A DNA stretch of 64,000 bases from Eledone cirrhosa. Its lineage: Eukaryota. The position numbers and the translations under genes were made by a program. Location of the stretch: positions 39,618,001 to 39,682,000 of the forward strand of contig OZ024753.1 of assembly GCA_964016885.1 (NCBI GenBank). The letters are read 5' to 3'. Shown here piece after piece: positions 1 to 13,405 of this stretch. Below the pieces are notes generated by a model. The model made no database searches. It was not told the origin of the DNA and worked only from the letters and a program-made list of their open reading frames with translations. Position 1 is the stretch's first letter. Every line of letters starts with the position of its first letter.

Positions 1-258
1 AAAGAAAACCAGATGTCAACTATAAGATTTATTTTAATTGGAACTTTTATCCTCTTGATAAGAACATTATTTTCTGGCTCATGGAGGAATCACCGTTATA
101 TAGCAGGATACAGTTTTATATATTTATATATATAAGTATTGAGCAGCTATTGTTGTTGCTGTTGTTGCTGCTGTTGTTATTGCTGTTGCTGCCTTCTATT
201 TTCTGGTTCATGGAGGAATCACCGTTATATAACAGGATACAGTTTTATATATATATCT

Positions 259-656
<398 letters not shown>

Positions 657-694
657 ATATTAATAAATGGAAACTATATTTATAAAACCATATT

Positions 695-760
695 TATTTT
701 ATTATACATATTTCAAGGGCAACCAAGGCAAATTATGGTGCGCTTTCATCAGATAAAATA
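695..760 (-). ncRNA. Minimal type-I hammerhead ribozyme motif (inverted copy)
   Basis: Reverse complement of 860-925 with an intact CTGATGA/GAAA core and 8-bp stem I. Confidence 0.72.
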
Positions 761-859
761 CAGATTTGTTTTATAAATAAATATTGACATACCCGGAAAA
801 AAAGACAACCTTTATGCTTGGAGCTTCCTGGATAGTCATTTATTTATAAAACAAATCTG

Positions 860-925
860 TATTTTATCTGATGAAAGTGCACCATAATTTGCCTTGGTTG
901 CCCTTGAAATATGTATAATAAAATA
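860..925 (+). ncRNA. Minimal type-I hammerhead ribozyme motif
   Basis: TATTTTAT (stem I), CTGATGA, AAGTGCACC...GGTTGCCCTT (stem II), GAAA, a very short TATGTA stem III, cleavage triplet ATA ending at 917, then ATAAAATA (stem I'). Confidence 0.75.
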
Positions 926-1142
926 AATATGGTTTTATAAATATAGTTTCCATTTATTAATATATTGTGTATTTACTCCACTTAATTGTTGAGTGCTTTA
1001 TATCAGTTATAAAAATGTTTAAGCTTGTTGAATCCCAACAAATTAAATATAACCTCTGCATATATATATATACACAGATATTTACACATATATATCTACG
1101 TATAGATATATGTATATATATGTGTGTATATATTTATATATT

Positions 1143-1174
<32 letters not shown>

Positions 1175-1583
1175 AAAGTATTTAGCAGCTATCATTGTTA
1201 CAATTCCTGCTGTTGTTGCTATTTCTACTGTTGTAGCTATTGTTGCATGCTATCAAGTACATTATCATGGCACAAGCACTAGAAATGTCTTTGTCACAGC
1301 TACAGAGTCCCCTTCTCCTTGCAACCCTTTCTTTGGCCATTGTTCTATGACTAGATACCCTTCCTATCACCCACCACTTTACAGTGTTTACAGGGTTTTT
1401 TTTATCCTGTAGATCAGCAACTCTAAAAAGTAATCCTGCCCTTGGCACAACTAAAGATTCCCTTGAGGCCATGTTTTTTGGCATGGTGTTTTTGTTTTTT
1501 TCATGGGGGATATAATTATTTCTGATCATTAATTTTAATTAGTTTAATTAATTATTATTTTTTTTTTTTTTAATTCTTTCCAG

Positions 1584-1714
1584 CCAAAAATTTTGATGCT
1601 GCCAAACATTTCAACACCCATCCATCTCTCGTTAATCGTAGACACAACAGAATCAAATTTGACCAATTACAACAGATGGATATTGGAGCTGGCTTAGATG
1701 AAGAAACAGTTCAA
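1584..1714 (+). CDS. UTP11: UTP11 internal coding exon (131 nt, phase 1 to phase 0)
   Basis: Poly-T tract plus TTCCAG acceptor and CAA|GTAGGT donor. Translates (x)KNFDAAKHFNTHPSLVNRRHNRIKFDQLQQMDIGAGLDEETVQ, which matches the UTP11 FD.A.H..T.P.LV.R..NR motif as I recall it from the human protein. Confidence 0.93.
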
Positions 1715-1865
1715 GTAGGTTCCTTATTGTTATTGTTACAATAGGCTAGTGGATTGGCAGTAGAATCAGTGGAGCGTCAGACAACATGCTTTCCAGCATA
1801 GAGTTTATGACTGCTTACATTCTGAGTTCAAATCCTGCTAAGATTAGCTTTGCCTTTCATTCTTA

Positions 1866-2060
1866 TCATCATCATCATCATCATCATCAGGTTTAGCGTC
1901 CGTGTTCCACGCTTGCATGGGTTTGGACGGGGGTTTTCCCACTTGAGGCAAGAGTGGTTGTCTTGCTCGCATAGGACTGTCTGGCGGGTTTTCTACAGCT
2001 GGATGCCCTTCCTAACACCAACCACATTTACAGTGTGGGGCTGGGAGGTTTTTACCGTGT
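1866..2060 (-). mobile_element. SINE 3' portion with (GAT)n tail
   Basis: Contains the central TTAGGAAGGGCATCCAGCTGTAGAAA domain and the CCCATGCAAGCGTGGAACACGGACG tail. Copies at 28880-29142 and 38377-38530. Confidence 0.8.
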
Positions 2061-2081
2061 TCAATAAAGTAAAGAGGGCAG

Positions 2082-2700
2082 TATTGTACAGAGTGAGTTG
2101 GAGGAAGGACCGTGTCATGGCACTGGTAACAGATATGTAGAAGAATAAGCCATCCACCACACTAAAGGATGTTGTTGAAGATGACACTACCAGGTTGGGG
2201 GTAAGAGAAACTTCGGACAGCAATGTTGTACAGAGTGAGTTGGAGGAAGGACCGTGTCATGGCACTGGTAACAGATATGTAGAAGAATAAGCCATCCACC
2301 ACACTAAAGGATGTTGTTGAAGATGACACTACCAGGTTGGGGGTAAGAGAAACTTCGGACAGCAATGTTGTACAGAGTGAGTTGGAGGAAGGACCGTGTC
2401 ATGGCACTGGTAACAGATATGTAGAAGAATAAGCCATCCACCACACTAAAGGATGTTGTTGAAGATGACACTACCAGGTTGGGGGTAAGAGAAACTTCGG
2501 ACAGCAATGTTGTACAGAGTGAGTTGGAGGAAGGACCGTGTCATGGCACTGGTAACAGATATGTAGAAGAATAAGCCATCCACCACACTAAAGGATGTTG
2601 TTGAAGATGACACTACCAGGTTGGGGGTAAGAGAAACTTCGGACAGCAATGTTGTACAGAGTGAGCTAGAGGAGAAACTTTGTCATGGCACCGGTAACGA
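2082..2700. repeat. 142-bp tandem repeat, about 4.3 copies
   Basis: TGTACAGAGTGAGTTGGAGG recurs at 142-bp spacing, giving identical ORFs at 2365/2507/2649. A diverged monomer lies at ~3960-4110. Confidence 0.95.
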
Positions 2701-2841
2701 TAAAATAATTGTTTCTACTATTGGCACAAGGCCAGCAATTATCCCAGTGTATTACTGGTACTTTATTTTATCGACCCCCCCGTATGGGTGAAAGGCAAAG
2801 TTAACCTCATCCTTATTATTATATCTGGTAACAGATATAAT

Positions 2842-3029
2842 AATAATTGTTTCTACTTTTGGCACAAGGCCAGCAATTACCCAGTACATTACTGGTACTT
2901 TATTTTATCGACCCCGTATGGATGAAAAGCAAAGTTAACCTCGGCGGGATTTGAACTCAGATCATAAAGGGACGTAACTATGCTGGAAAGCATGTCCGAG
3001 CCTCTACCGATACTGCCAATTCACCGCCC
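2842..3029 (-). mobile_element. tRNA-derived SINE (family A) with target-site duplication
   Basis: A box TGGCAGTATCGG and B box GAGTTCAAATCC on the minus strand. CAGATATAATAATAAT is duplicated on both flanks (2832 and 3030). Confidence 0.88.
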
Positions 3030-3035
3030 AGATAT

Positions 3036-3280
3036 AATAATAATAATGAAATTATTGTGTACAATGCTCAGGTGCACTACAACTCATCAAAGGTGTATGT
3101 ATAGTACATAGAATAATGTACAAATGTCAGGAAAGTTAACAGTGATGAGTCATGATATACATGTGTGCGTGTGTATGGAGGGGATGATATCAGGTATAGT
3201 GTTAGCTAATTTCTGGAAGCATGGAGGTTTTAAAGGACGCAGTGTCTCGACAGCTAACAACTGATGCAGGTAGTTTGTTC
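3036..3280 (-). mobile_element. CR1/L2-like LINE 3' end
   Basis: Minus strand translates WNKLPASVVSCRDTASFKTSM (WN.LP..VV....FK motif), followed by a 3' UTR and (ATT)n tail. The UTR recurs at 57588-57778. Confidence 0.75.
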
Positions 3281-3950
3281 CATGGAGGTTTTAAAGGACG
3301 CAGTGCCTCAACCGCTAACAACTGATGCAGGTAGTTTGTTCCATGGAGGTTTTAAAGGACGCAGTGTCTCGACAGCTAACAACTGATGCAGGTAGTTTGT
3401 TCCATGGAGGTTTTAAAGGATGTAGTGCCTCAACAGCTAACAACTGATGCAGGTAGTTTGTTCCATGGAGGTTTTAAAGGATGTAGTGCCTCAACAGCTA
3501 ACAACTGATGCAGGTAGTTTGTTCCATGGAGGTTTTAAAGGATGTAGTGCCTCAACCGCTAACAACTGATGCAGGTAGTTTGTTCCATGGAGGTTTTAAA
3601 GGATGCAGTGTCTCGACAGCTAACAACTGATGCAGGTAGTTTGTTCCATGGAGGTTTTAAAGGATGTAGTGCCTCAACAGCTAACAACTGATGCAGGTAG
3701 TTTGTTCCATGGAGGTTTTAAAGGATGCAGTGCATCAACCGCTAACAACTGATGCAGGTAGTTTGTTCCATGGAGGTGTTAAAGGATGTAGTGCCTCAAC
3801 CGCTAACAACTGATGCAGGTAGTTTGTTCCATGGAGGTTTTAAAGGATGCAGTGTCTCGATAGCTAACAACTGATGCAGGTAGTTTGTTCCATGGAGGTT
3901 TTAAAGGATGCAGTGTCTCGACAGCTAATAAACTGATGCAGATAGTTTGT
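3220..3950. repeat. 61-bp tandem array (about 12 copies) derived from the LINE ORF2 end
   Basis: CATGGAGGTTTTAAAGGATGCAGTG...GGTAGTTTGTTC repeated every 61 bp. Confidence 0.95.
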
Positions 3951-4117
3951 TAACAACAGCAAGAATAATCCAACGATCACACTAAAGGATGTTCTTGAAG
4001 ATGACACCTCTGTTTTGGAGGGTAGAGAACTTCAGAGGACAGGGTGAGCTGAATGAGGAACTTTGTCCTAGCACTGGTAGCAGATATGTAGAAAAACAAC
4101 AGCAATAAGAGGAATAA

Positions 4118-4323
4118 CATCCTGTAGAAGGAAGACGCAGTAGAGGAAGACCACGAAAAGCATGGGCGGAAGTGGTGATGAGAGCAGACCTCAGATTGCT
4201 GAAGTTCATGGAGGAGAGGACGAAGGACCGTGATAAATGGAGAGATGCTGTGTTGAATAGGACCCGTCCCACCCTTGCAAGCAGGGAAAAGCAGACGTAA
4301 AATAATGATGATGATGATGATGA
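4118..4323 (+). mobile_element. RTE LINE 3' end with (GAT)n tail
   Basis: Translates PVEGRRSRGRPRKAWAEV...KDRDKWRDAVLNRTRPTLASREKQT*, followed by GATGATGAT. Confidence 0.82.
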
Positions 4324-4755
4324 ATCTGTTTAGACAGGATCAAATCAGGTGAATAACACAAAGAGGGGGAGATATGGATTTCTAGGTAGTGGGTAAAAAA
4401 AAACACAACAAATAGGATAAAAAGGAAATGTCTCCTACGCCAACAGTAAATGCCATCTTGGCTGTTATTAAGCAGTCGTGGATTAGAATGCTAGAACCAA
4501 AGGAACAATCAATATATATGTTTCCATATCTTTGACTATGGCAAACATCCTGAGTATAACCACAAATTCCCAGACAATTTAAACTTCTTACGAATTATTG
4601 GCATCATAATAATCATCATTATTATTATTATTATTGTTATTGTTATTATCATAACCATTGTTGTTATTTTGTTGATGTTTTTGTTGTTGTTGTTAGGAAA
4701 GAATACAGATTCCTTGATTTCAGAGCATTTTTGTCATTATTGGTATACATATATA

Positions 4756-4797
<42 letters not shown>

Positions 4798-5060
4798 GTG
4801 TTTGTATATATATATATATATATATATAATATATGTGTGTGTGTATATATATATATAATATATATGTGTGTGTTTGTGTGTATGTATATATGTACGTTTG
4901 CGTGTATATATGTATGTGTGCGGATATATATGTATATATATATATATGTGTGAATGTATGTGTATATTAATATATGTATATATCTATGTGTATGTGTATA
5001 TGTATATATGTATATATGTGTATATATATATATGTATATATATACACATATATATATAAT

Positions 5061-5128
<68 letters not shown>

Positions 5129-5218
5129 TATATATATGTATATATATACACATATATATATGTATATATATATATACATACATATATATATGTATATATA
5201 TATATACATACATATATA

Positions 5219-5294
<76 letters not shown>

Positions 5295-5316
5295 TACACA
5301 CACACATATATACATA

Positions 5317-5360
<44 letters not shown>

Positions 5361-5906
5361 TATACATATATATGTATATATATATATATATACATACACA
5401 TACACATATATATGTATGTATATATATACATATACATATATATGTATGTATATTTCTTATTTTTTTGTTTGTTGTTGCTGTTGTCATTGTTATTCCTAAT
5501 ACAATCTTCTAAGTCTGCTGTTCTTCTCTTTTATCTTGAGAGCAAAGAAAGAAGAATCGGTTAAATTGTTATTGTGGTCACTACTTGTTATTACCTTGTC
5601 ACTCTTCCTCTCACTTCTACTCTTTCATATGTAATATTTGTGGCTTACTCTTATTCTCTCTCTCTCTCTCTCTCTCAACCTCTCTCTCTCCTCTCTCTCT
5701 CTGTCTGTTTCTACCTCGCTCTCTCTCGTAGATATATATATATGTGTGTGTGTATTTATATATTTGTGTGGATGTGTGTGTTTATTTATATATATATATA
5801 TATATATGTATATGTATATATATATATATCTAAACAAGCATATATACATTCATAAGTATGTATAATATATATGTGTATATATATATATATGTGTATGTAT
5901 ATATAC

Positions 5907-5967
<61 letters not shown>

Positions 5968-6091
5968 TATACATAACACACATGGACATACTATATATAT
6001 ATATATACTTACATCTAAACAAGCATATATACATACATAAGTATGTATAATATATATGTGTATATATATGTATATATGTGTGTATGTATAT

Positions 6092-6164
<73 letters not shown>

Positions 6165-6575
6165 TATATACATAACACACATGGACATACATATACATTA
6201 ATATACACACACTATATATACAGATATATATACATAAACATACACACATATATTATATGAACATACATATATATATATATGCTTAAACACATACCCTATA
6301 TATATATGTATATATATACATATATATTTAAATATTACAGCTTTTAGACATACATATATATATAACTATACACACACTATATATATACTGATATATACAT
6401 AAACACATACCCTATATATATATTTGTATATATATACACATATATACTCATATTTTAGCTTTTTACTTGTTTTATGCAAGGGTGAGTAAGGGGTCTGTTC
6501 TCTCTGACTCTTTTTTTCTAATTTATCATATGTTTATAACATGCACTTTCACATGCAAACTTATACACACTTGTA

Positions 6576-6886
6576 TCATCATCATCATCATCATTTCATT
6601 TTTACGTCCGCTTTTTCCCTACTTGCAAGGGTGGGACGGGAACTGATTCTGGCTTGATTTCTACAGCTGGATGCCCTTCCTAACACCAACCTCATTTACA
6701 GTGAGTGCTGGGTGCTTTTTCGTGGCGCCTACACGTCCACTTTACAGTGTGGGCTGGGTGCTTTTTTGCCGTGGCACCTCCACGACCACCTTGCGGTGGG
6801 GGGTGTGGGGGCATATTGTCTATATGCTTCAGCTTGTACCAATGGGAGGTCGGGTACTCTGTATTACTGCGTGACGCCAGAAGTCG
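6576..6886 (-). mobile_element. RTE ORF end plus SINE-like central domain and tail
   Basis: Near-identical to 55680-55915 (end of RTE ORF joined to the AAAAAGCACCCAGC...GGGCATCCAGC domain) but with a different terminal tail. Confidence 0.75.
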
Positions 6887-6994
6887 TGTGTATATATATA
6901 TATATAGTATTGAAGTTTCCGTTTATTATACATTAAATTATATATATATATATAGATATATAGATATTTGTATATATATATATATATATATATA

Positions 6995-7365
6995 TGAATA
7001 AAGTTAGTCCTTCATCAGTGATCTTCCAACCATCATCGGTATTTCATCGCTTTAAAGACCATATACCTCCGGTTGGTGCGAGCAACGGCTAAAGAAAGTC
7101 GTTGGGACACTTAAATAAAGGGAACAGCGAGAGTGTAAACAAACAAAGATGGTAAAGCAACGAAAAGTGAGGAAGAACGAGTCAAGTCCCAAATTTCCAT
7201 GAATATAAGTTCGGTGAAATCGTGAATGAGAGAGAATAAAGACCATCCAACCTGGTTGAAATGTGAGCAAGGAAGGAATTCCGTACAGGTCAAACGGGAT
7301 GAAGAAGGGGTCTAGTCTGTGAATTCGGTGAACATAAGTTCTGTGAAATCGTAGACGAGAGAGAG
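6995..7365 (-). mobile_element. Probable Penelope-like fragment between (TA)n tracts
   Basis: CpG-rich unique block with an internal duplication (ATAAGTTC.GTGAAATCGT). The minus strand ends CTGATGAAGGACT, a truncated hammerhead 5' core. Confidence 0.35.
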
Positions 7366-7407
7366 AAAAAATATATATATATATATACATATATATATAC
7401 ACATACC

Positions 7408-7445
<38 letters not shown>

Positions 7446-8303
7446 GGTATGTGTATGAATGTCTCTCTTCCTCTGCTGCCCCCTCTCTTTTCCCCACCAT
7501 CACCCACCTCCCCTCTGCTACCCACCACCCACCTCCCCTCTACCCACCACCCACTCTCAGAAATTTTGGTCATATTTTGATATATTTCAGTTAACCTTCA
7601 TTGTTATTATTCCTCTCTTTGTTAAAGAAGTGGCAGTGTGGGGTGTGGTGGGAGTGGTGGTGCTGGTGGTGGGGTTGAGGTGGCGGTGTGGTGGTGGTCT
7701 GTTATTAGTGCTGATGGTGGCGGTGGTAGTGGGGTTCAGGTGGTTGTGTGGTGGTGCTGAAGGTGGTGGTGGCGGTGTGGTGGTGCTGGTGGTCTGTTAT
7801 TAGTGCCGATGGTGGCGGTGGTAGTGGGGTGTAGGTGGTGATGGTGGTGGTGGTATGGTCGAGGTGGCAGAGTGGTGGTGGTCTGTTATTAGTGCTATTG
7901 AAGGTGGTGGGGGTTGTGTTGATGGTCATGTTGTTGTTGATGTTAGCAGTGGTGGTAGTGTTGAGGTTGTGGTCTGGTGTTGGTGGTAGTATTGATGGCT
8001 GTAGTAGTCTGGTGATGATGATGATGGTTGTGGTGGTGGTGGTGGGGATGATAATGTTACTAATGTTTATGATGATGGTGATGATGATGATTATGTTGTT
8101 ATATATGTGTATATATATATATATATATATACATATATATATCTATCTATGTATCTATATATATATTATATTTATGTATATATGTATATATATATATGTG
8201 TATATATATATATGTGTATATATATATATATATATATGTGTATATATATATGTGTGTATATATATATATATATATGCTTTTATATATATATTATATTTAT
8301 GTA

Positions 8304-8346
<43 letters not shown>

Positions 8347-8398
8347 ATATATATATGTACAAATATATATATATATATATATACACAAATGATACCAA

Positions 8399-8574
<176 letters not shown>

Positions 8575-8981
8575 TTGTATGTATATATTATATTTATGTA
8601 TATATGTATATATATATATATGTGTGTGTATATATATGGTGTCAGAAATGGAAGTCTCATGCCAACAAGCAGTAAAGGGAAAATATCAGCAATTATTGCC
8701 CATTCTGCTTTATGATTATCAACCATCCATTGGCCTTGTCTTCTTCTTCTTCTCCTCCAATCCCATTCCCCTTCTCTCTCTCTCTCTCTCTCTCTCCTGC
8801 CCCCTGTCTCTCCCCTCAAATGTTTTTTCACCTCCCCCCTCACGATCTCTTTCCACTCTTTCTTTTGCTTGGCACCACCTCATTCTCTCTCTTTCTCTAT
8901 CTCATTTTTCCCCTCTCTCTTTAACCCATGCTTTCTTCCCCTCTCTCTCTCTCTCTTTTCTGCCCTCTCCTCACTCTCTCT

Positions 8982-9024
<43 letters not shown>

Positions 9025-9338
9025 CTTCTGCTCTCTTCTCTCTCTCCCTCTAAATCCCCCCTCTTTCTCTTCCTCTCACACCACCACCAGCACCAGCACA
9101 CCTCTACACTACCACTACCATATATCACATTCACTACTCAGAACACCACACACAGACACACACCAGCTACCCACCCCACTACACCCCCACCCCACCCAGA
9201 GACCCCACCCCACCACCCACCCTACCTTCTGTGACAAATCAGGAAGAAAGCACCACCTTCAAACATTCACTAATGCTGTGAAAACACTTGATTTTTGTCA
9301 GCCGTAGTTGTTGTTGTTTGTTGTTGCTTCTCTCTCTA

Positions 9339-9381
<43 letters not shown>

Positions 9382-9780
9382 CCCTTTCACTTTCTATATA
9401 TGTGCTTTTGTTGTTGTTTGTTGTTGCTTCTCTCTCTCTCTCTCTCTCTCCTCTCTCTCTACTCTCTCTCTCTCTCCCCTTTCACTTTCTATATATGTGC
9501 TTTTGTTGTTGTTTGTTGTTGCTTCTCTCTCTCTCTCTTCTCTCTCTATCTACTCCATTTCTCTCTCTCTTCTCTCTCTATCTACTCTCTCTCTCACCCC
9601 TTCTTTCACTTTCTATATATGTGCTTTTGTTGTTGTTTGTTGTTGCTTCTCTCTATCTCTCTCTCTCTCTCTCTCTCCCCTTCTTTCACTTTCTATATAT
9701 GTGCTTTTGTTGTTGTTGTTGTTGCTTCTCTCTCTCTCCCTATCTCTCTTTCCTCCTCTTCTACTTTCACTTTCTATATA

Positions 9781-9863
9781 CAGAGTGCCCCCCCCCCACA
9801 AATGTATACACACTTCAACACCATTCTAATAAATATGTATATACATTTTTGTGGGACACCATG
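9781..9863. mobile_element. Tiny Tc1/mariner-like MITE (degenerate)
   Basis: TA|CAGAGTG...CACCATG|TA with inverted AAATGTATAC/TATACATTT. Same family as 43767-43842. Confidence 0.6.
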
Positions 9864-9991
9864 TATGTACTTTTGGTGTTGTATTTATTGTTTCTCCTTT
9901 ACTTTCTCTCTCTCTCTCAATCTCTCTCTCTCTCTCTCTCTCTCAATCTCTCTCTCTCTCTCTCTCTCAATCTCTCTCTCTCTCTCTCTCT

Positions 9992-10037
<46 letters not shown>

Positions 10038-10094
10038 ACTTTCAATTTCTATATATGTATGTTCTTTTGTTGTTTTAGTTGTATTTGTTGTTGC

Positions 10095-10139
<45 letters not shown>

Positions 10140-10182
10140 ATATGTTCTTTTGTTGTTTTAGTTGTATTTGTTGTTGCTTCTC

Positions 10183-10213
<31 letters not shown>

Positions 10214-10333
10214 TCTATATGTTCTTTTGTTGTTGTTGTTGTTGTTGTTTTCTTTTCTTTTTAATATCCTACTTCTGTTCAGATCTATTCATATATGAAA
10301 GAAGTGCATATTGCAAGAAAACACACACACACA

Positions 10334-10380
<47 letters not shown>

Positions 10381-10500
10381 TTGTATGTATATACATAGAT
10401 GTATACATACATATGTTTATATATATGTTTATATATATATATTTATATACATACATATAGATGCATGCACACACATTTATATATATATATATACACATTC

Positions 10501-10533
<33 letters not shown>

Positions 10534-10541
10534 TATATCTA

Positions 10542-10609
<68 letters not shown>

Positions 10610-10610
10610 C

Positions 10611-10675
<65 letters not shown>

Positions 10676-10691
10676 TGTGTATAGATATATA

Positions 10692-10743
<52 letters not shown>

Positions 10744-11002
10744 TATATATCACAACAGACACAGAGACACACAGAAAGTGAAAATTATATAAAAATATTA
10801 AATAGAAGAAATAAAAACAAAAAAAACAACAACAAGGGGGACATTGACAACAACAAAACAACAACAACGCAAATAAACAAATAAAACATGAAAAACAAAA
10901 GTAAAAGTGTAAATAAATAAACAAAAGGTGGTAAATAACAGAAAATATTCTTTTAAATCCCAACTTTTATAGAAAACTTTGTTGTGTTGTGTTTGTCACT
11001 GA

Positions 11003-12330
11003 CAACTACTGTAACTAGTTAGTGCGTTGGTACTACTGGTACTAGTTAGTGTGTTGGTACTACTGGTACAACTGCTGTAACTAGTTAGTGTGTTGGTACT
11101 ACTGGTACTAGTACTACTGGTACAACTGCTGTAACTAGTTAGTGTGTTGGTACTACTGGTACTAGTTAGTGTGTTGGTACTACTGGTACAACTGCTGTAA
11201 CTAGTTAGTGTGTTGGTACTACTGGTACTAGTACTACTGGTACAACTGCTGTAACTAGTTAGTGTGTTAGTATTACTGGTACTAGTACTACTGGTACAAC
11301 TGCTATAACTAGTTAGTGTGTTGGTACTACTGGTACTACTACTACTGGTACAACTGCTGTAACTAGTTAGTGTGTTGGTACTACTGGTACTACTGGTACA
11401 ACTGCTGTAACTAGTTAGTGTGTTAGTATTACTGGTACTACTACTACTGGTACAACTGCTGTAACTAGTAACAGTGTTGGTACTATGGTGAGGTGGTACA
11501 TTGGTACTACTGGTACTGTTGTTGCTATTGCTACTGGAACTGGCACTATTGCTGTAACTAGTAACAGTGTTGGTTCTGTAGTGAAGTAGTAGATTGGTAG
11601 TACTGGTACTATTGCTACTGCTGCTGCTACTTCTGTTACTGGTACTACTGCTGTAACTAGTTATAGTGTTGGTTCTATATTGAGGTGGTAGATTGGTACT
11701 GGTACTGGTACTGGTACTACTGCTGTGACTAGTTATAGTGTTGGTTCTATATTGAGGTGGTAGATTGGTACTGGTACTGATACTGGTACTACTGCTGTAA
11801 CTAGTTATAGTGTTGGTTCTATATTGAGGTGGTAGATTGGTATTGGTACTGGTACTGGTACTACTGCTGTAACTAGTTATAGTGTTGGTTCTATATTGAG
11901 GTGGTAGATTGGTATTGGTACTGGTACTGGTACTACTGCTGTGACTAGTTATAGTGTTGGTTCTATATTGAGGTAGTAGATTGGTACTAATGCTACTAAT
12001 ACTGGTACTATTGCTACTACTACTGGTACAATTGCTGTAACTAGTTGGTTCTATATTGAGGAGGTGGTAGATTAGTATTACTACTACTACTGGTACTGCT
12101 AATATTACTACTGGTACTACAACTGTTGCAACTAGTTATAGTGTTGGTTCTATATTGAGGTGGTAGATTTGGTGCTACTACTACTACTGTACTATTGCTG
12201 CTACTACTACTACTACTGCTACCATTGCTACTACTGCTGCTGCTACTATTGCTACTACTACTACTACTAATAATAATAATTCTACTACTACTACAACTAA
12301 TTAGTGTTGGTTCTATACTGAGGAGGTAGC
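11003..12330. repeat. Compound minisatellite (modular ~50-70-bp units, then a 72-bp unit)
   Basis: Recurrent ACTGCTGTAACTAGTTAG/GGTACTACT modules; 72-bp period at 11641, 11713 and 11785. Confidence 0.9.
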
Positions 12331-12589
12331 TTATATTCGAGTATATACAGTACTAAGTAGACTTGGTAGTTAAAAAATGAACTATGAAACTATTATTCTA
12401 TTATATGTTCCAGCTGACAGGCTGAGGCCATGCTGGGGGCACTGCCACCAATGCTACACTTTCTATAACCAGCCTTCTCTGGCTGGCCATTGATGCAAAA
12501 GGGAGTTTGGTGTTGTGGGTTCATCCGGGATCCTGGTCAGTTGAATGTCAAGATATCTGCAGGGTCTCCATTGAACTTCGATAACCCCA

Positions 12590-12720
12590 CGCCTATAGAG
12601 AGTGATCCTGGGAAGGCTATGATCCCTCATCCTAGAGACGTGCTCTGCCCAGTGCAACATCCACATGCACACTATGTAGATCTCTCAGATTTTTTGGCAG
12701 CTTATTAAAAAGCTGGGGGT
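12590..12720 (-). mobile_element. Decayed RTE LINE fragment
   Basis: Translates LHWAEHVSRMRDHSLPRITLY, matching the RTE LRWAGHV.RM...RLP...LY motif. Confidence 0.65.
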
Positions 12721-13131
12721 CCCTTAAACCCCAGGCTATTGCAGTATGTGGCCCTTATTCTCGATGCGATGGATGGGACCTTTGGCACTACAGAGTGGTC
12801 CTCCGATGAACTGTCATTCGGACATTTTAATATATAACCATGGCTGTGTGTTTCAGGAGTTTTCTTCACAACTGTTTGGTTCCCAGTTCATACTTCAGGT
12901 ATGGCACCTTAGTCTTCTACTATAACCCCAACTTAACCAACACCTTGTGAATAAAATTTGCTACCGTGGAAGATGGACGTTAAACGATGATGATGACACA
13001 CATATATATATATTTAACATATTGTTTAGCTCTAGTTTTTCTTAACTATTGGAGCGCTTGCCAGCATTTTTACGATTTTGTGTTTCGTTTCGCTTTTTCT
13101 ACCAGCCGAAATACAATTCTCGCTGAATATA

Positions 13132-13195
<64 letters not shown>

Positions 13196-13199
<4 letters not shown>

Positions 13200-13405
13200 A
13201 ACGAGTAAGACCCCGACGGCTGAGCTCAAGCCATTTCGATGGCTAATTCTGGACTAAATCAATTAGTCCAGAATTAGCTGTCGAAACGGCTTGAGCTCAG
13301 CCGTCGGGGTCTTACTCGTTCCTATTACCCACTCTACTACCCTAAGTATTGAGTACTTTGGTGCATTATGGTCCACCTGGTTCCTTACCACATTTCCTTT
13401 GTTAT
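13196..13405 (+). mobile_element. Fold-back element, second family (hammerhead-like 3' half)
   Basis: About 60-bp inverted arms (13196-13255 and 13265-13325) plus a unique tail ending in (TA)n. Copies at 25303-25493, 26661-26780 and 27397-27575. Confidence 0.7.

Noticed and set aside
1348-1370. miR-279-like seed TGACTAGAT
   Set aside because: The 3' part differs and upstream sequence cannot form a precursor hairpin.
11969-11990. let-7-like sequence TGAGGTAGTAGATTGGTACTAA
   Set aside because: It is one variant of a minisatellite unit (others read TGAGGTGGTAG) and has no complementary arm.
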